From assembly GCA_963739455.1 (NCBI GenBank), contig CAVUAK010000001.1, positions 2,048,001-2,112,000 of the forward strand: DNA of 64,000 nt, in the 5' to 3' direction. Shown here piece by piece: positions 45,547-56,114 of the stretch. The DNA is from an uncultured Gemmatimonadales bacterium. Lineage in GTDB: Bacteria > Gemmatimonadota > Gemmatimonadetes > Gemmatimonadales > GWC2-71-9. The position numbers and the translations under genes were made by a program. The notes under the pieces were generated by a model. The model saw only the letters and a list, made by a program, of their open reading frames with translations. It did not search any database and was not told the DNA's origin. The stretch's first letter is position 1, and each line of letters opens with the position of its first letter.

Positions 45547-47375
45547 GCGGGGGACACGCGCGCGGGTGTCCCGTCCTCCACCTGGTAGAACACTGCCCAG
45601 GCCCCGAAGCCGACATGCGTGCCGATCACCCCGGTGACGAGGGAGACGAACACGTCCTTCGGCTTGTACGCGGCCACCAGCGCGTTGCGGAGCCGTTCGG
45701 CCACCTCCGGTGCATCGGCGTGGGCGATGCCGAAGCGGATGGCGCCGGGGCGCGGGGTGAGCTTCCGCTCGAGCAGGGACAGCACCTTCGGCACCACCAG
45801 GTCGCGTCCCCTGACGCGGTCGGCCGGCGCCACCCGGCCATCATCCGTCAGCGTGAGGATCGGCTTCACGTCGAGCAGGCCACCCAGCCACGCCTTGCCC
45901 CGGCTGACCCGGCCCGAGCGGATGAGGTTGTCGTACGTATCCACCGACAGGAACATCCCCGACTGCCGCCGGACCCGCTCCAGCTCCTTCACGATCTCTG
46001 CCGCACCCCAGCCCGATTCGGCGAGTTCCGATGCCCTGAGCCCAAGCATCCCGAGCCCGAGCGACGCGCTCTTGCTGTCGAACAGATGCACCCCGTCGAT
46101 GCCTGAGGCCTTCAGGGCCGCATTGGCCGACTGGAACGTGCCGGACAACGTTCCAGATACGAGCAATACCACCGCCTCGTTGGCCTCGTCGCGGGCGTTC
46201 CGGAAGGCCCGCACGAACTCGCCCGGTGTCGGCTGCGAGGTCGTGGGGAGCTCCTTCGCAGCACGCAGGCGGCGGTAGAACTCCTCCGGCTTGAGCTCGA
46301 GCCGGTCACGGAAGACCTGGTTCCCGAAGATGACCTGGAGGGGAACGAGGGCGATGTGGTGCCGATCGAGGATGGCATCGGCGAGGTCGGCGGAACTGTC
46401 ACACACGACTGCAACCGCGCGGCGTTCGGGGTGGGCGAGCTTCTGGTGCTGGGCTCGCATGTCATCGGCCTTGGTCGCCACCACCTGGCCCCAGCGCACC
46501 GCATAGGTAAAGACGGCGTCGGGGGTGTCCGTATGCACATGGATCTTCAGGATATCGGCGATCGTCGCCACGACGATGGACCCGCCGAAGGCGTGCATGG
46601 CCTGTCGTACCTCGTTGGCCGGCGGCAGTTGCTCCCCGCGGACGAGCACCTCGGTGCAATAGTGGAAGTCGCGCTCTGCGGCGACATCGGCGAGCGCGGC
46701 GGGCGAGAAGTCGAGCTCGCCGGCCCGGAAGGGCTCGGCGGGCAGGATAGGATCGCCCTCGATGAACCGGACGACGCCCTCCAGCATGCGGACAAAGCCC
46801 ATGCCGCCGGCATCGACCACGCCGGCCTGCTTGAGCACCGCCATGAGCTCCGGCGTGTTGGCGAGTGCCACCTCGCCGTCCCGGAGCATCTGGAGCATGA
46901 AGTCGCCGATGTCGCTGGTGGTCGCGGCGGCACGCTCGGCGGAGTTCGCCGCCTCGCGGGCGACGGTGAGGATGGTGCCTTCGCGGGGCTCATCGAGCGA
47001 CTGCTCGAGCTTGTCCGCACCGGACCGGATGGCGGCGGCCACCTCGGCGACCGTCGCCGTGCGCTTGTCGCCCACCGACTCGGCGAAGCCCATGAGGAAA
47101 TGGGCAAGCATCATCCCGGAGTTGCCGCGCGCACCCAGCACCGAGGCCCGCGCCATCGTCTTCGCCGTCTCCGGAAGCGGCGCGTCGCCGAGCGCCCTGA
47201 GGGCGTCGGCGACGGCACGGAGCGTGAGGCTGAAGTTCGTGCCGGTGTCACCGTCGGGCACCGGGAAGACGTTGATACGGTTGATCTCGTCACGGCCCGC
47301 CGCGACCCAGTCGGCGGCGGCGAACAACGAGCGAGCCAGCCGGGGCCCGTCAACGTAGGCGATGCGCGCAGTCAT
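45543..47375 (-). CDS. DAK2/FakA-like + DegV fusion (fatty acid kinase)
   Basis: NVFPVPDGDTGTN, ARGNSG, VDAGG; PTTSQP, SGRVS, GTHVG. Confidence 0.9.
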   Translation of the reverse strand: MTARIAYVDGPRLARSLFAAADWVAAGRDEINRINVFPVPDGDTGTNFSLTLRAVADALRALGDAPLPETAKTMARASVLGARGNSGMMLAHFLMGFAESVGDKRTATVAEVAAAIRSGADKLEQSLDEPREGTILTVAREAANSAERAAATTSDIGDFMLQMLRDGEVALANTPELMAVLKQAGVVDAGGMGFVRMLEGVVRFIEGDPILPAEPFRAGELDFSPAALADVAAERDFHYCTEVLVRGEQLPPANEVRQAMHAFGGSIVVATIADILKIHVHTDTPDAVFTYAVRWGQVVATKADDMRAQHQKLAHPERRAVAVVCDSSADLADAILDRHHIALVPLQVIFGNQVFRDRLELKPEEFYRRLRAAKELPTTSQPTPGEFVRAFRNARDEANEAVVLLVSGTLSGTFQSANAALKASGIDGVHLFDSKSASLGLGMLGLRASELAESGWGAAEIVKELERVRRQSGMFLSVDTYDNLIRSGRVSRGKAWLGGLLDVKPILTLTDDGRVAPADRVRGRDLVVPKVLSLLERKLTPRPGAIRFGIAHADAPEVAERLRNALVAAYKPKDVFVSLVTGVIGTHVGFGAWAVFYQVEDGTPARVSPA

Positions 47376-47379
47376 CGTC

Positions 47380-47826
47380 CTATTCCGGGACGATGTTGAC
47401 CTTCACCTCGGCGTGAACATCCGACTGCAGTCGCACGATGACGGAATGGAAACCGACCGTCTTGATCGGGTGTTCGAGCTCCAGCTTGCGCTTGTCGACC
47501 GTGAAGCCCTGCGCCGCAAGGGCCGCCGCGATGTCCTGCGACGTGATCGAGCCGAACAGCTTGCCCTCGTCACCGGCCTTGCCACGCAAGGTCAGCGTGG
47601 TCCCAGCGAGCTGCGCGGCCAGCTGCTCGGCGGCGGCCTTCTCGGCGCTCGCCTTGGTGGCGCGGGCCCTGGCCTCGGCGTCGATGCGCTTCTTGTTGCC
47701 CTCGGTGGCCTCGAAGGCCAGGCCGCGCGGCAGCAGGAAGTTCCGGGCGTATCCCGGCTTCACCTTGACGAGCTGGCCTGCCTTGCCGAGGGACTGCACG
47801 TCTTCCCGCAGGATCACTTCCATCAT
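47380..47826 (-). CDS. rplI: 50S ribosomal protein L9
   Basis: VKPGYARNFLLP, KLFGSIT. Confidence 0.96.
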   Translation of the reverse strand: MMEVILREDVQSLGKAGQLVKVKPGYARNFLLPRGLAFEATEGNKKRIDAEARARATKASAEKAAAEQLAAQLAGTTLTLRGKAGDEGKLFGSITSQDIAAALAAQGFTVDKRKLELEHPIKTVGFHSVIVRLQSDVHAEVKVNIVPE

Positions 47827-48748
47827 CTCTCGGTTCCTCCGGTGGTCGACGCCATGCGGCGCCGGAAATCGAGCCATGTGTCGGCGAGCCCGAGCACTGT
47901 CAGGCCGCTCGCCACGAACACGAACATGAAGATCGTCAACAGCGTGTAGAGCACGATGCCCACTGTCGATACGCGACCGGCGCCGGCGCGGAAGACGGCG
48001 GCCCCGCGGAATGCGTACAGCGCCAGCATGACGAGCAGCACGTTGACCGCCACCTGCTGCACGCCGGGGATCGACGTCGCCTGCGGGACCAGCAGCAGGG
48101 CGAGGCTGATCACCACCAGCCACACCGCATGGTCACTGAACGTGAACGCGGTGAGCGGCCTGGGCGCCTGGACGAGGGGCCGCGCGGCCAGGGCGAAAGT
48201 GACCGCGCCACGCGAGTGCCAGGCCCGCCAGCGTCGTGATGACGAGGGCCGCCGGCAACAGCTGCACCATCATGCGCGCCTGGCCCGCGAACTCGTAAAA
48301 TGCGGCCGCTCAGTTGCGCACCGGCCTCGCCCCACAGCTGGTCCGCCATGCGCGCCTGCTCGAGGAACGCGGAAGACAGCCACCGTGCCGTGGCCGACTC
48401 GATGTCGCCCCAGCGGATGCCGAGCAGCGCCATCCATCCGAAGGTTACCGCACTTGCCACCGCGATGGCCAGCGCGGCCTGTCGCAGTCCCCGTCCTGGT
48501 TCCCGCGGTACCAGGAGCAGCCAGGCACCGATGACGGCCACGCCATAGGCGCGCAGGAACTGGCCCGGAAGCGAATCGCGCTGGGCCAGCCAGAGCAGGC
48601 ACCAGATCAGGGCGAGCGCGATGGTGATCCAGGCCTGACGCGAAACTGGCCGGGCTACCAGGAGGAGCCCGGCCAGCGGTCCGAGCAAGAGGATGCCCGG
48701 AGCGACCAGCAGATACGCGACGACCAGCAGCAACCAGCCAGGCGACAC
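47823..48748 (-). CDS. DUF2232/YybS membrane protein; frameshifted
   Basis: Multi-TM, ends GLADTWLDFRRR, conserved position between rpsR and rplI. Confidence 0.75.
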
Positions 48749-48783
48749 CCGGGCGGGCCCGGGCGTCTCCGGGCCGGCGTGCG

Positions 48784-49005
48784 TCAGTTGCCGCCCCTCT
48801 TCACGTAGGGCAGCAAGGCGAGGTACCGCGCCCGCTTGATGGCGACGCTGATCTGGCGCTGGTGACGGGCGCTGATGCCTGACAACCGGCTCGGAAGGAT
48901 CTTGCCGCGCTCGGTCAGGAAGCGCTGGAGCAGCTTCTCGTCCTTGTAGTCGACGTTCCGGATGCCCTGTTCGGCGAGTGGATCGCCCTTGCGGCTGCGC
49001 TTCAT
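48784..49005 (-). CDS. rpsR: 30S ribosomal protein S18
   Basis: DYKD…ERGKILP…AIKRAR.LALLPY. Confidence 0.96.
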   Translation of the reverse strand: MKRSRKGDPLAEQGIRNVDYKDEKLLQRFLTERGKILPSRLSGISARHQRQISVAIKRARYLALLPYVKRGGN

Positions 49006-49346
49006 TCCTCTTCCTCCTCGAACTTGCGGTCACCCGGCTCGCGGCTGACGGTGTAGTCCTTGTCGTCGGCGACCACGAGAAAGCGCAGCACGCCATCGTC
49101 CAGCTTGATGGCCCGCTCGAACTCGGGCAACGCCGTCGTGTCCGCCTGGAAATTGGCGACGACGTAGTAACCCATCTCACGCTTCTTGATCGGATAGGCG
49201 AGGGAACGCTTGCCCCAGTGGTTGAGACGGGGGGCTTCGCTGTCGGTGTGCTTGACCAGCGCGTGATACCGCTCGAGCCGCTCGTTGATTGCCGGCTCTT
49301 CGAGCGCGCTGTCGAAGATGTACACCACTTCGTACGGTCGGACCAT
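49002..49346 (-). CDS. rpsF: 30S ribosomal protein S6
   Basis: YEVVYI…[12 protein letters not shown]…VLRFL. Confidence 0.96.
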   Translation of the reverse strand: MVRPYEVVYIFDSALEEPAINERLERYHALVKHTDSEAPRLNHWGKRSLAYPIKKREMGYYVVANFQADTTALPEFERAIKLDDGVLRFLVVADDKDYTVSREPGDRKFEEEEE

Positions 49347-49457
49347 GGCACCTTTCCTGTGGACGTATGCCCCGGGCGGCTGGTGCAGCCCCTGGGGAGG
49401 GTCTTTGGAGCCCGCAAAGCTAGCCGGGATTGGGGCTTAGGGGAAGGGCCGCGAGCG

Positions 49458-49531
49458 GGCACAAGGAACTGGGAACAGGGAACTGCACCCGTATAGAATT
49501 CCCCGTTCCCTGTTCCCTGTCACCTGTTCCC
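49458..49531. repeat. Intergenic inverted array of 7-bp GGGAAC(A/T) units
   Basis: GGAACT GGGAACA GGGAACT … GTTCCC TGTTCCC TGTCACC TGTTCCC. Confidence 0.65.
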
Positions 49532-49540
49532 AGGCCGTTC

Positions 49541-50209
49541 ATGCGCCTCATTTCCATCCAGATCGGCACTCCGCGCGTCTATGGCATCCCCGGATCGGAT
49601 GACCCGATGGACCGCGTATTCACCAGCGCCATCGGCAAGGAGCCGGTCGGTGGCCGGGTCTGGGCGGCGCAGCTCGGTCTCTCGGGTGACGCCGTGGCCG
49701 ACCGGAAGGCCCATGGGGGCGTCGACCAGGCACTCCTGGCGTATTCGGCGGAACACTACGCGCGCTGGCGGAAGGAGTGGCTCAGGGAAGACGTGGGTCC
49801 GGGCGCCTTCGGCGAGAACCTCACCGTCAGCGACACGGACGAGGACAGCGCCTGCCTGGGCGACCGGTGGCAGGTGGGCCCGGTGATGTTCGAGGTATCG
49901 AAGCCCCGGACGCCGTGCAACACGCTCGCGCGGCGGCACCGGAAGCCCGACCTGATCGCCACGGTGTTCGCCAACGGCCGCTCGGGGTGGTACGTGCGCG
50001 TGAAGAAGGAAGGATGGATCGAGGCAGGTACGCCGGTGCTGCTGATCGACCGGCCCTATCCGCAGTGGCCGGTGCGGCGGGTGGCCGAGGTGATGTCAGA
50101 ACGCCAGCACCGCACTGACGAAGCTGCGTTGCTGGCGCAATGTCCGGCCCTCGCGGAGGACTGGCGGTACCGACTCAGTCGTGAGTCGACAGTCGGCAGT
50201 CGTCAGTGA
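49541..50209 (+). CDS. MOSC domain protein (YiiM-like)
   Basis: HGG…FGENLT…PRTPC…SGWYVRV; 3-alpha C-terminus. Confidence 0.9.
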   Translation: MRLISIQIGTPRVYGIPGSDDPMDRVFTSAIGKEPVGGRVWAAQLGLSGDAVADRKAHGGVDQALLAYSAEHYARWRKEWLREDVGPGAFGENLTVSDTDEDSACLGDRWQVGPVMFEVSKPRTPCNTLARRHRKPDLIATVFANGRSGWYVRVKKEGWIEAGTPVLLIDRPYPQWPVRRVAEVMSERQHRTDEAALLAQCPALAEDWRYRLSRESTVGSRQ

Positions 50210-50254
50210 GAGGTCAGCTGCCCACTCTCTGACGACTGCCGACGGACGACTGCC
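50176..50254. repeat. Inverted array of 7-bp CAGTCGN units between convergent genes
   Basis: CAGTCGT/CAGTCGG … GACGACTG/CCGACGG. Confidence 0.55.
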
Positions 50255-50962
50255 TACCTCCTGTTTCCAAACAACCTCAGGAACGTGAGGAACAGGTTGA
50301 TGAAGTTGAGGTAGAGCGACAGCGCGCCGCTCACCGCATAGGAGCCCGACTGCGGGCCCTCGACTGCGAGCGCCATCCGCTTGAGCCGCTGTGCGTCGTA
50401 CGCGGTCAGCCCGGTGAAGACGATGACCATCGCCACCGACATGACGAAGCTCAGGGCGGGGCTCTTCAGGAACCAGTTGACCACCATCGCGATGATGACG
50501 CCGAACAATCCCATCATGGCAAACGATCCCACGCCCGTCCAGGCTCCGCTTCGTGACGGTGCCGTAGAGCGCCAGCGCGCCGAACATCCCGGCGGTGCTC
50601 ACGAAGGCGGTCGCGATCGACCCGCGCGTGTACACCAGCAGGATGAGTGACAGCGTGATGCCGGTGAGTGCGGAGTAGAGCAGGAACAATCCTGCCGACG
50701 CCGTGGGCGAGAGCGTGTTGACCTTGGCCGAGACCACGTACACCAGCGCCAGCTGGGCGATGATGAGCCCGAAGAACAGGATCCGGTTGGTGACGAGCGT
50801 CTGCACCATCGCCGGCGAGGCGATCACCGCGAAGGCGACAGCCGCCGTGACGAGCAGGCCGCCGAACATCCAGCCGTACACACCACGCAGGAACTCGGCG
50901 ACACGCGCGTCGGTCGCCGCGGTGCTGGTGATGGGTGCAGAGGTACCAAAGGGACTGGTCAT
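50254..50962 (-). CDS. Bax inhibitor-1/YccA family membrane protein; frameshifted
   Basis: VYGWM…TAYDAQRLK…GALSLYLNFINLF. Confidence 0.9.
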
Positions 50963-50990
50963 GAATTCCTCCCGGAGGTGAGTCCGGCTA

Positions 50991-52089
50991 TCAGACGTTG
51001 AAACGGAACAGCAGCACGTCTCCGTCGCGCACGACGTATTCCTTGCCTTCCGCGCGGGCCAGGCCCTGCTCCCGCGCGCCCTTCCATCCACCCGCACGCA
51101 CGAAGTCGTCGTAGCCGACCGTCTCCGCGCGAATGAAGCCCTTCTCGAAGTCGGAGTGGATCACGCCGGCGGCCGCTGGTGCCCGGTCGCCGCGGTGGAT
51201 GGTCCAGGCCCGCACCTCCTTCTCGCCAGCCGTAAAATAACTCTGCAGGCCCAGCAGGTGGTACGCGGCATGGGCCAGGCGGTCGAGGCCCGATTCCTCG
51301 AGGCCGAGGGACTGCAGGAAGTCCCTGCGATCCTCGAGCGGCAAGCTCGGCAAGCTCGGCCTCGACCTTGGCGGAGAAGGGAACGATCTCCGCCTCCTCG
51401 CCATCGGCGGTGACGGCAGCGCGCAGCGCGTCGACGTGCCGGTTGCCGCCGGTGATCTCCTCTTCGCGCACGTTGGCGGCGTACAGCACCGGCTTTGCCG
51501 TGAGCAGGTTGAAGGCGCGGAACGCCGGTCGCTCCTCCTCGGTCGGCACGACGCTGCGCGCCGCCTTGCCGTCGGCCAGCGCCTCGCGAAGGCGCTCGAG
51601 CAGCTTCGCCTCGATCTTCGCCTGGGGGTCGCCCGACTTGGCGGCGCGGGCGGCCTTGTCGAGCCGCTTCTCCACCACCTGAAGATCGGCCAGCCCGAGC
51701 TCGATGTTGATGACCTCGCGGTCGCGGGCCGGGTCGACCGGCCCCATGACGTGCTGGATGTCGTCGTCCTCGAAGCAGCGCACCACGTGCACGATCGCAT
51801 CCACCTCGCGGATGTTGGCGAGGAACTGGTTGCCGAGACCCTCACCCTGGCTCGCGCCCTTCACGAGACCGGCGATATCGAGGAATTCCACGGTGGCGGG
51901 CAGCGTGCGCTCGGGTTGCACGAGCTCCGTGAGCCGCTCGAGGCGCGGGTCGGGCACCTGCACCACGCCGGTGTTCGGCTCGATCGTGGCGAACGGGTAG
52001 TTGGCCACGAGGGCACCCGCCGACGTCAGCGCGTTGAAGAGCGTCGACTTGCCGACGTTGGGGAGTCCGACGATACCGAGGCGCAGCAT
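50991..52089 (-). CDS. ychF: Redox-regulated ATPase YchF; frameshifted
   Basis: [35 protein letters not shown]. Confidence 0.96.
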
Positions 52090-52098
52090 GTGGTATTC

Positions 52099-52665
52099 CT
52101 ACGATCCCTTGTTGAAGCGCGTCATGGCGCGCTCGATGCCTTCGGTGAGCCAGCTCTCGGCGGCGTCGGTCATCGGGTCGAGCAGCTCGTCGACCGCGCC
52201 GCGTTCCTCGCGGGTGAACGGCGCCAGCACATAGTCGGCAAGGTCCTCGCCGGTGGGCTGCGGCCCGACCCCGATCCTCAGCCGTGCATAGTCCTGCTGC
52301 TGCAGCGTCGCCTCGATGCTCTTGAGGCCGTTGTGACCGCCTGCGGAGCCGGCGCCGCGCAACCGGAACCTTCCAGTGGGGAGCGCCACGTCGTCCACCA
52401 GCACGAACAGCTCCGTCGCCGGATCGAACTTGCCACCAAGCAAGTGCGAGAGCGCCGCGCCGCTGCGATTCATGAATGTCTGGGGCTTGAGGAGCTGGAC
52501 GGATTCGCCTTGCCACTGACCTTCGGCAACGCGGGCCCGGTCGCCACGACGAAAGCTTCCGAGCCCCCAACGACGCGCAATGTGATCGGCGAGCAGGAAC
52601 CCGGCGTTGTGCCGGGTGCCCTCATACTCCTGGCCGGGATTGCCCAGCCCTACGATGACGCGCAG
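52099..52665 (-). CDS. pth: Peptidyl-tRNA hydrolase (probable CTG start)
   Basis: (L)RVIVGLGNPG.EY..TRHNAGF in frame upstream of the track ORF; GGHNGLKS, RLRIGVG. Confidence 0.92.
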   Translation of the reverse strand: MRVIVGLGNPGQEYEGTRHNAGFLLADHIARRWGLGSFRRGDRARVAEGQWQGESVQLLKPQTFMNRSGAALSHLLGGKFDPATELFVLVDDVALPTGRFRLRGAGSAGGHNGLKSIEATLQQQDYARLRIGVGPQPTGEDLADYVLAPFTREERGAVDELLDPMTDAAESWLTEGIERAMTRFNKGS

Positions 52666-52677
52666 GGCCGCACCCCG

Positions 52678-53340
52678 CTACTTCTCGGCTTCCTCGGCGT
52701 CAGCCTTCGCCTTGCGGATCAGCTCGGGCTCCGACGTGGCCGGGGCATCGGCAGCCGCAGCGGCAACCGGTGTCTCCTCGGCGCGCGGCGTCGCCACCAC
52801 AGCCACCGTCTGGGTGGCGTCGGTGATGATGTCGGCCTTGACCACGGTCAGGTCGCTGACATGCAGCGACTGGCCGATGGCGAGACCGGTGACGTCGATC
52901 TCGATCAACTCGGGGATGTCGGCCGGCAGCGCGCGGATCTGCAGGGCGTGGAGCTGCTGTTCCAGCACGCCGCCGTGGTTTCGCACGCCATCGGGCGTTC
53001 CCACGAGCTTGATGGCCACTTCGACAGCGACCTTTTCGTCCGCGCGGACCTCGTAGAGGTCGATGTGAACGATGGTGCTGGCGCGGAGCGGGTTCCGCTG
53101 GATCTCGCGAATGAGCGCCTTGACCGGGGCGCGATCATCGACGGTGACGTCGACGAGCGTGCTCGAGTGGGCACCCACGAGGAGCCGGGTCAGGGCCGAG
53201 GCGTCGATTTGCAGCGACTCCGGCTGCCGATGATGGCCGTAGATGATGCCCGGTACAATGCCGGAGCGGCGCAGGGAGCGCGCCGCGCCCTTGCCAGTGG
53301 AGCTGCGGGACTTCGCCTGCAGGGATGCCTTGCTTGCCAT
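52678..53340 (-). CDS. rplY: 50S ribosomal protein L25/Ctc
   Basis: GKGAARSLRR.G.VPGIIYG, HIDLY. Confidence 0.95.
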   Translation of the reverse strand: MASKASLQAKSRSSTGKGAARSLRRSGIVPGIIYGHHRQPESLQIDASALTRLLVGAHSSTLVDVTVDDRAPVKALIREIQRNPLRASTIVHIDLYEVRADEKVAVEVAIKLVGTPDGVRNHGGVLEQQLHALQIRALPADIPELIEIDVTGLAIGQSLHVSDLTVVKADIITDATQTVAVVATPRAEETPVAAAAADAPATSEPELIRKAKADAEEAEK

Positions 53341-53361
53341 GGTCGTGTTCCTGTTCCTGAA

Positions 53362-54315
53362 TCAGTCGAACAGCGAACTGACGGACTGGTCGCTGTGCGT
53401 GTAACCGATCGCCTTGGCCAACAGACCGGCGATCGAGAGAACCTTGAGCCGGTCGAACTTCCGTTCCGGCGGGATTGCAATGGTGTTTGTTACCACCACT
53501 TCCGACACTGGTGACGCCGAGAGCCTGTCGACCGCCGGGCCCGAGAGCAGCGCGTGCGTCGCGCAACAGTAAATGTCGCGCGCGCCCAGCCGCTTCAGCG
53601 CGTGCACCGCCTCGGACATGGTGCCGGCGGTGTCGATCATGTCATCCGGGATGACGCAATCACGCCCGGAGACTTCACCCACGACGTTCACGACCTCGGC
53701 CACGTTGGCCGACGGGCGGCGCTTGTCGATGATCGCCAGGGTGGCGTTGAGCCGCTTCGCGAAGCCGCGCGCCATCTTGGCCGAGCCGACATCGGGCGCC
53801 ACTACCACCGGGTCCCGGAGCTGCTTCTGCCGGAAGTGGTTCACGAACACCGGCGCCGCATACAAGTGATCCACCGGCAGGTCGAAGAAACCCTGCATCT
53901 GATGCTGGTGGAAATCCATGCCGAGCACGCGATCAGCGCCGGCCTTGGACACCATGTTCGCCATGAGCTTGGCGCTGATGGCGACGCGGGGCTGGTCCTT
54001 CCTGTCCTGCCGCGCATACCCGAAATAGGGAATGACGGCGGTGACCCGGGCGGCACTGGCCCGCTTCGCGGCATCCATGAGGAGCAACAGCTCCATCATG
54101 TTCTCCGCCGGCGGGTTGGTGGACTGGATGATGTAGACATCCCGCCCGCGCACGTTCTCGTCGATCTTCACGAACAGCTCACCGTCCGCAAAGCGCTTGA
54201 TGGTCAAGGCGCAGAGCGGTTGTCCGAGATGCTGGGCCACCTCTTCGGCGAGTCCGCGATTGGCGGTGCCGCTGAGGAGAAGCATCTGGCTGCGGGAAAG
54301 CGAGATCTCAGCCAT
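53362..54315 (-). CDS. prs: Ribose-phosphate pyrophosphokinase
   Basis: FADGE, YARQDRK, DDMIDTAGT. Confidence 0.96.
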   Translation of the reverse strand: MAEISLSRSQMLLLSGTANRGLAEEVAQHLGQPLCALTIKRFADGELFVKIDENVRGRDVYIIQSTNPPAENMMELLLLMDAAKRASAARVTAVIPYFGYARQDRKDQPRVAISAKLMANMVSKAGADRVLGMDFHQHQMQGFFDLPVDHLYAAPVFVNHFRQKQLRDPVVVAPDVGSAKMARGFAKRLNATLAIIDKRRPSANVAEVVNVVGEVSGRDCVIPDDMIDTAGTMSEAVHALKRLGARDIYCCATHALLSGPAVDRLSASPVSEVVVTNTIAIPPERKFDRLKVLSIAGLLAKAIGYTHSDQSVSSLFD

Positions 54316-54587
54316 TTAGAGCCCACAAGGATAGCTGCGGAGCGGGGTTAGGTCAATTCGCCGGCTGCCGTTGTGTGCTGAACGAAGTGGCCGGGTCGTC
54401 CCTGGCGACGCCGGGGGCGCATCACTTGCATATCTTGGGTGTATTCCGGTGCGTGACCAGAACCAGATTCAAGCAGGCTCCGGAGCCGGGCGGTGCAGGG
54501 TCGTCGCACTAAACGGTTATTTGACAGTGCTTTAGCTATTCCCGGTTCAGGAAACCACATCTCCTCTTATTGGAGCAGATCCAAGCC

Positions 54588-55064
54588 ATGCGTGTGCCGA
54601 GACTGTTGCTTCCCATCATCGCCCTGTCGTTCGGCTTCACAGTCGCCGCCTGCTCCGGAGCATCCGATCCACCGCGCGTTCCCACGGAATTGCGGTGCGA
54701 CGTCGGGGGTGGGCAGACGCAGAGTTGCAGTCTTACCCTGACCGCGCCGGCTGGGTACAAGATCACGCTCACGAGCCGGAGCTGCGACGCGATCAACAAC
54801 GATATTTCGTTGACCAGCCCGATCGTGGTGACGTTGACCACGGACGCCTGCCGCGAGCCAATCGGCAAGCAGTGGGACTACTCGACGCCGATCAACCCGG
54901 CTGGCACGAAGATCGACATCGTGTTCACGTCCGACCAGTTTGCGAATGCGCCGGGCACGCGCGTCACCGGCGCCTACCCGAACTGGGTCGTCAACTTCGA
55001 GGACGGTGGCGACACCGACTTCAATGACGTGGTGCTGACCGTCGAAGCCATCCCGGAAACCTGA
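54588..55064 (+). CDS. Lipoprotein with C-terminal LecB/DUF4114-like Ca2+-binding motif
   Basis: VAAC lipobox; FEDGGDTDFNDVVLTV. Confidence 0.7.
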   Translation: MRVPRLLLPIIALSFGFTVAACSGASDPPRVPTELRCDVGGGQTQSCSLTLTAPAGYKITLTSRSCDAINNDISLTSPIVVTLTTDACREPIGKQWDYSTPINPAGTKIDIVFTSDQFANAPGTRVTGAYPNWVVNFEDGGDTDFNDVVLTVEAIPET

Positions 55065-55085
55065 TTCCACAGGTGCCGACAAGAG

Positions 55086-55115
55086 AACGCTCCGGCCAAT
55101 GGCCGGAGCGTTTTT
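55086..55115. terminator. Bidirectional intrinsic terminator
   Basis: AACGCTCCGGCC-AAT-GGCCGGAGCGTT TTT between convergent lipoprotein gene and tRNA. Confidence 0.8.
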
Positions 55116-55141
55116 CGTTGTCGAGCCGCCTTCAACTTGAG

Positions 55142-55213
55142 TTGCCCCTGCTGGGCTCGAACCAGCATTGACGGATCCAAAGTCCGCTGTCCTGCCAGTT
55201 GGACGAAGGGGCA
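55142..55213 (-). tRNA. tRNA-Gln(TTG)
   Basis: TGCCCCT acceptor stem, anticodon arm GCGGA-CTTTGGA-TCCGT, T loop GGTTCGAGCC; CCA not encoded. Confidence 0.93.
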
Positions 55214-55218
55214 GTCAC

Positions 55219-55962
55219 TTACACGAACAGTCCCTCTACGAAACCGATGCGCCAGGCCAGGAAGCACCCGAACCCGAGGCTGAGCAGCCCGGACGCGAAG
55301 CGCACCCGCTGGGTCCACACCCTTGATGCACCGCGTCGCGTGATTGACGCTGAGATGCCTGCCGTGACCAGTGCCATGCCGACGATGGTACCTACCCCGA
55401 ACACCAGCAGGTAGAGCACGCCCCACCGCGCGTTGCCGATGGCAGCCAGCACGATCAAGGCCACCGCCGCTGATCCCGCCAGGCCATGCACGATACCGAT
55501 GAACATTGGCCGGAACAGCTGATAGACCCGGATGCCCGCCAGCCTCACATCGAGCCAGCTCACCGCGGCCGGCTCATGATGCTCGTGCCGCACATGATCA
55601 TGCGGGTGCGTGTGGACCTCGCTGTCATGATGGTGCGGATGCTCGTGGTCGGGATCATGTCGATGCCGCGCCACGCTCCACATGTTCGCAATGCCGAGGC
55701 CAATGAGCATGAGCCCTACGGCGAACTCCATCGAGAGTCCCAGCCGGTGCGGGATGACCCACCCGAACAGGATGATGCCGCCACCCACCACGAAAATCGT
55801 GAGGGTGTGACCCAGGCCCCAGACCGCGCCGATGAGGGCAGCAGCGAGGGGGTTGCGGTGCCGCGACACGATGGTGCTCACCGCAATGACGTGGTCCGCA
55901 TCGGTCGCGTGACGCATGCCAAGGAGGAAGCCCAGCGACAATACGGCGAAGGGTCCGGTCAT
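55219..55962 (-). CDS. HoxN/HupN/NixA-like (UreH-type) nickel/cobalt transporter
   Basis: GMRHATDADHV, WGLGH, His-rich loop, HGLAGSAA. Confidence 0.88.
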   Translation of the reverse strand: MTGPFAVLSLGFLLGMRHATDADHVIAVSTIVSRHRNPLAAALIGAVWGLGHTLTIFVVGGGIILFGWVIPHRLGLSMEFAVGLMLIGLGIANMWSVARHRHDPDHEHPHHHDSEVHTHPHDHVRHEHHEPAAVSWLDVRLAGIRVYQLFRPMFIGIVHGLAGSAAVALIVLAAIGNARWGVLYLLVFGVGTIVGMALVTAGISASITRRGASRVWTQRVRFASGLLSLGFGCFLAWRIGFVEGLFV

Positions 55963-56114
55963 GTCAGAATCCCGGGGCCAGCAGCTCTCAAAGTTCGATC
56001 CTGGCCCTTGTCTACCAATATGGTCGCAAACGTTGCGACATCGTCCCTATCGGGACAGTATAGTAATACTCATCCCAGTCGCGTCACCGGAAGTTGCCCT
56101 GATCGAGGACACTC

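Noticed and set aside
32557..53514. Long opposite-strand ORFs (e.g. 32557-34599, 38113-39801, 41686-43164, 51436-53514)
   Set aside because: GC-rich antisense shadows of ctpA, smc, the Omp85-like gene and ychF-pth-rplY.
55116..55218. tRNA-Gln as a classical integrase attachment site for the Ni/urea cluster
   Set aside because: The cluster lies 5' of the tRNA, and no integrase or duplicated tRNA 3' end is visible in the window.
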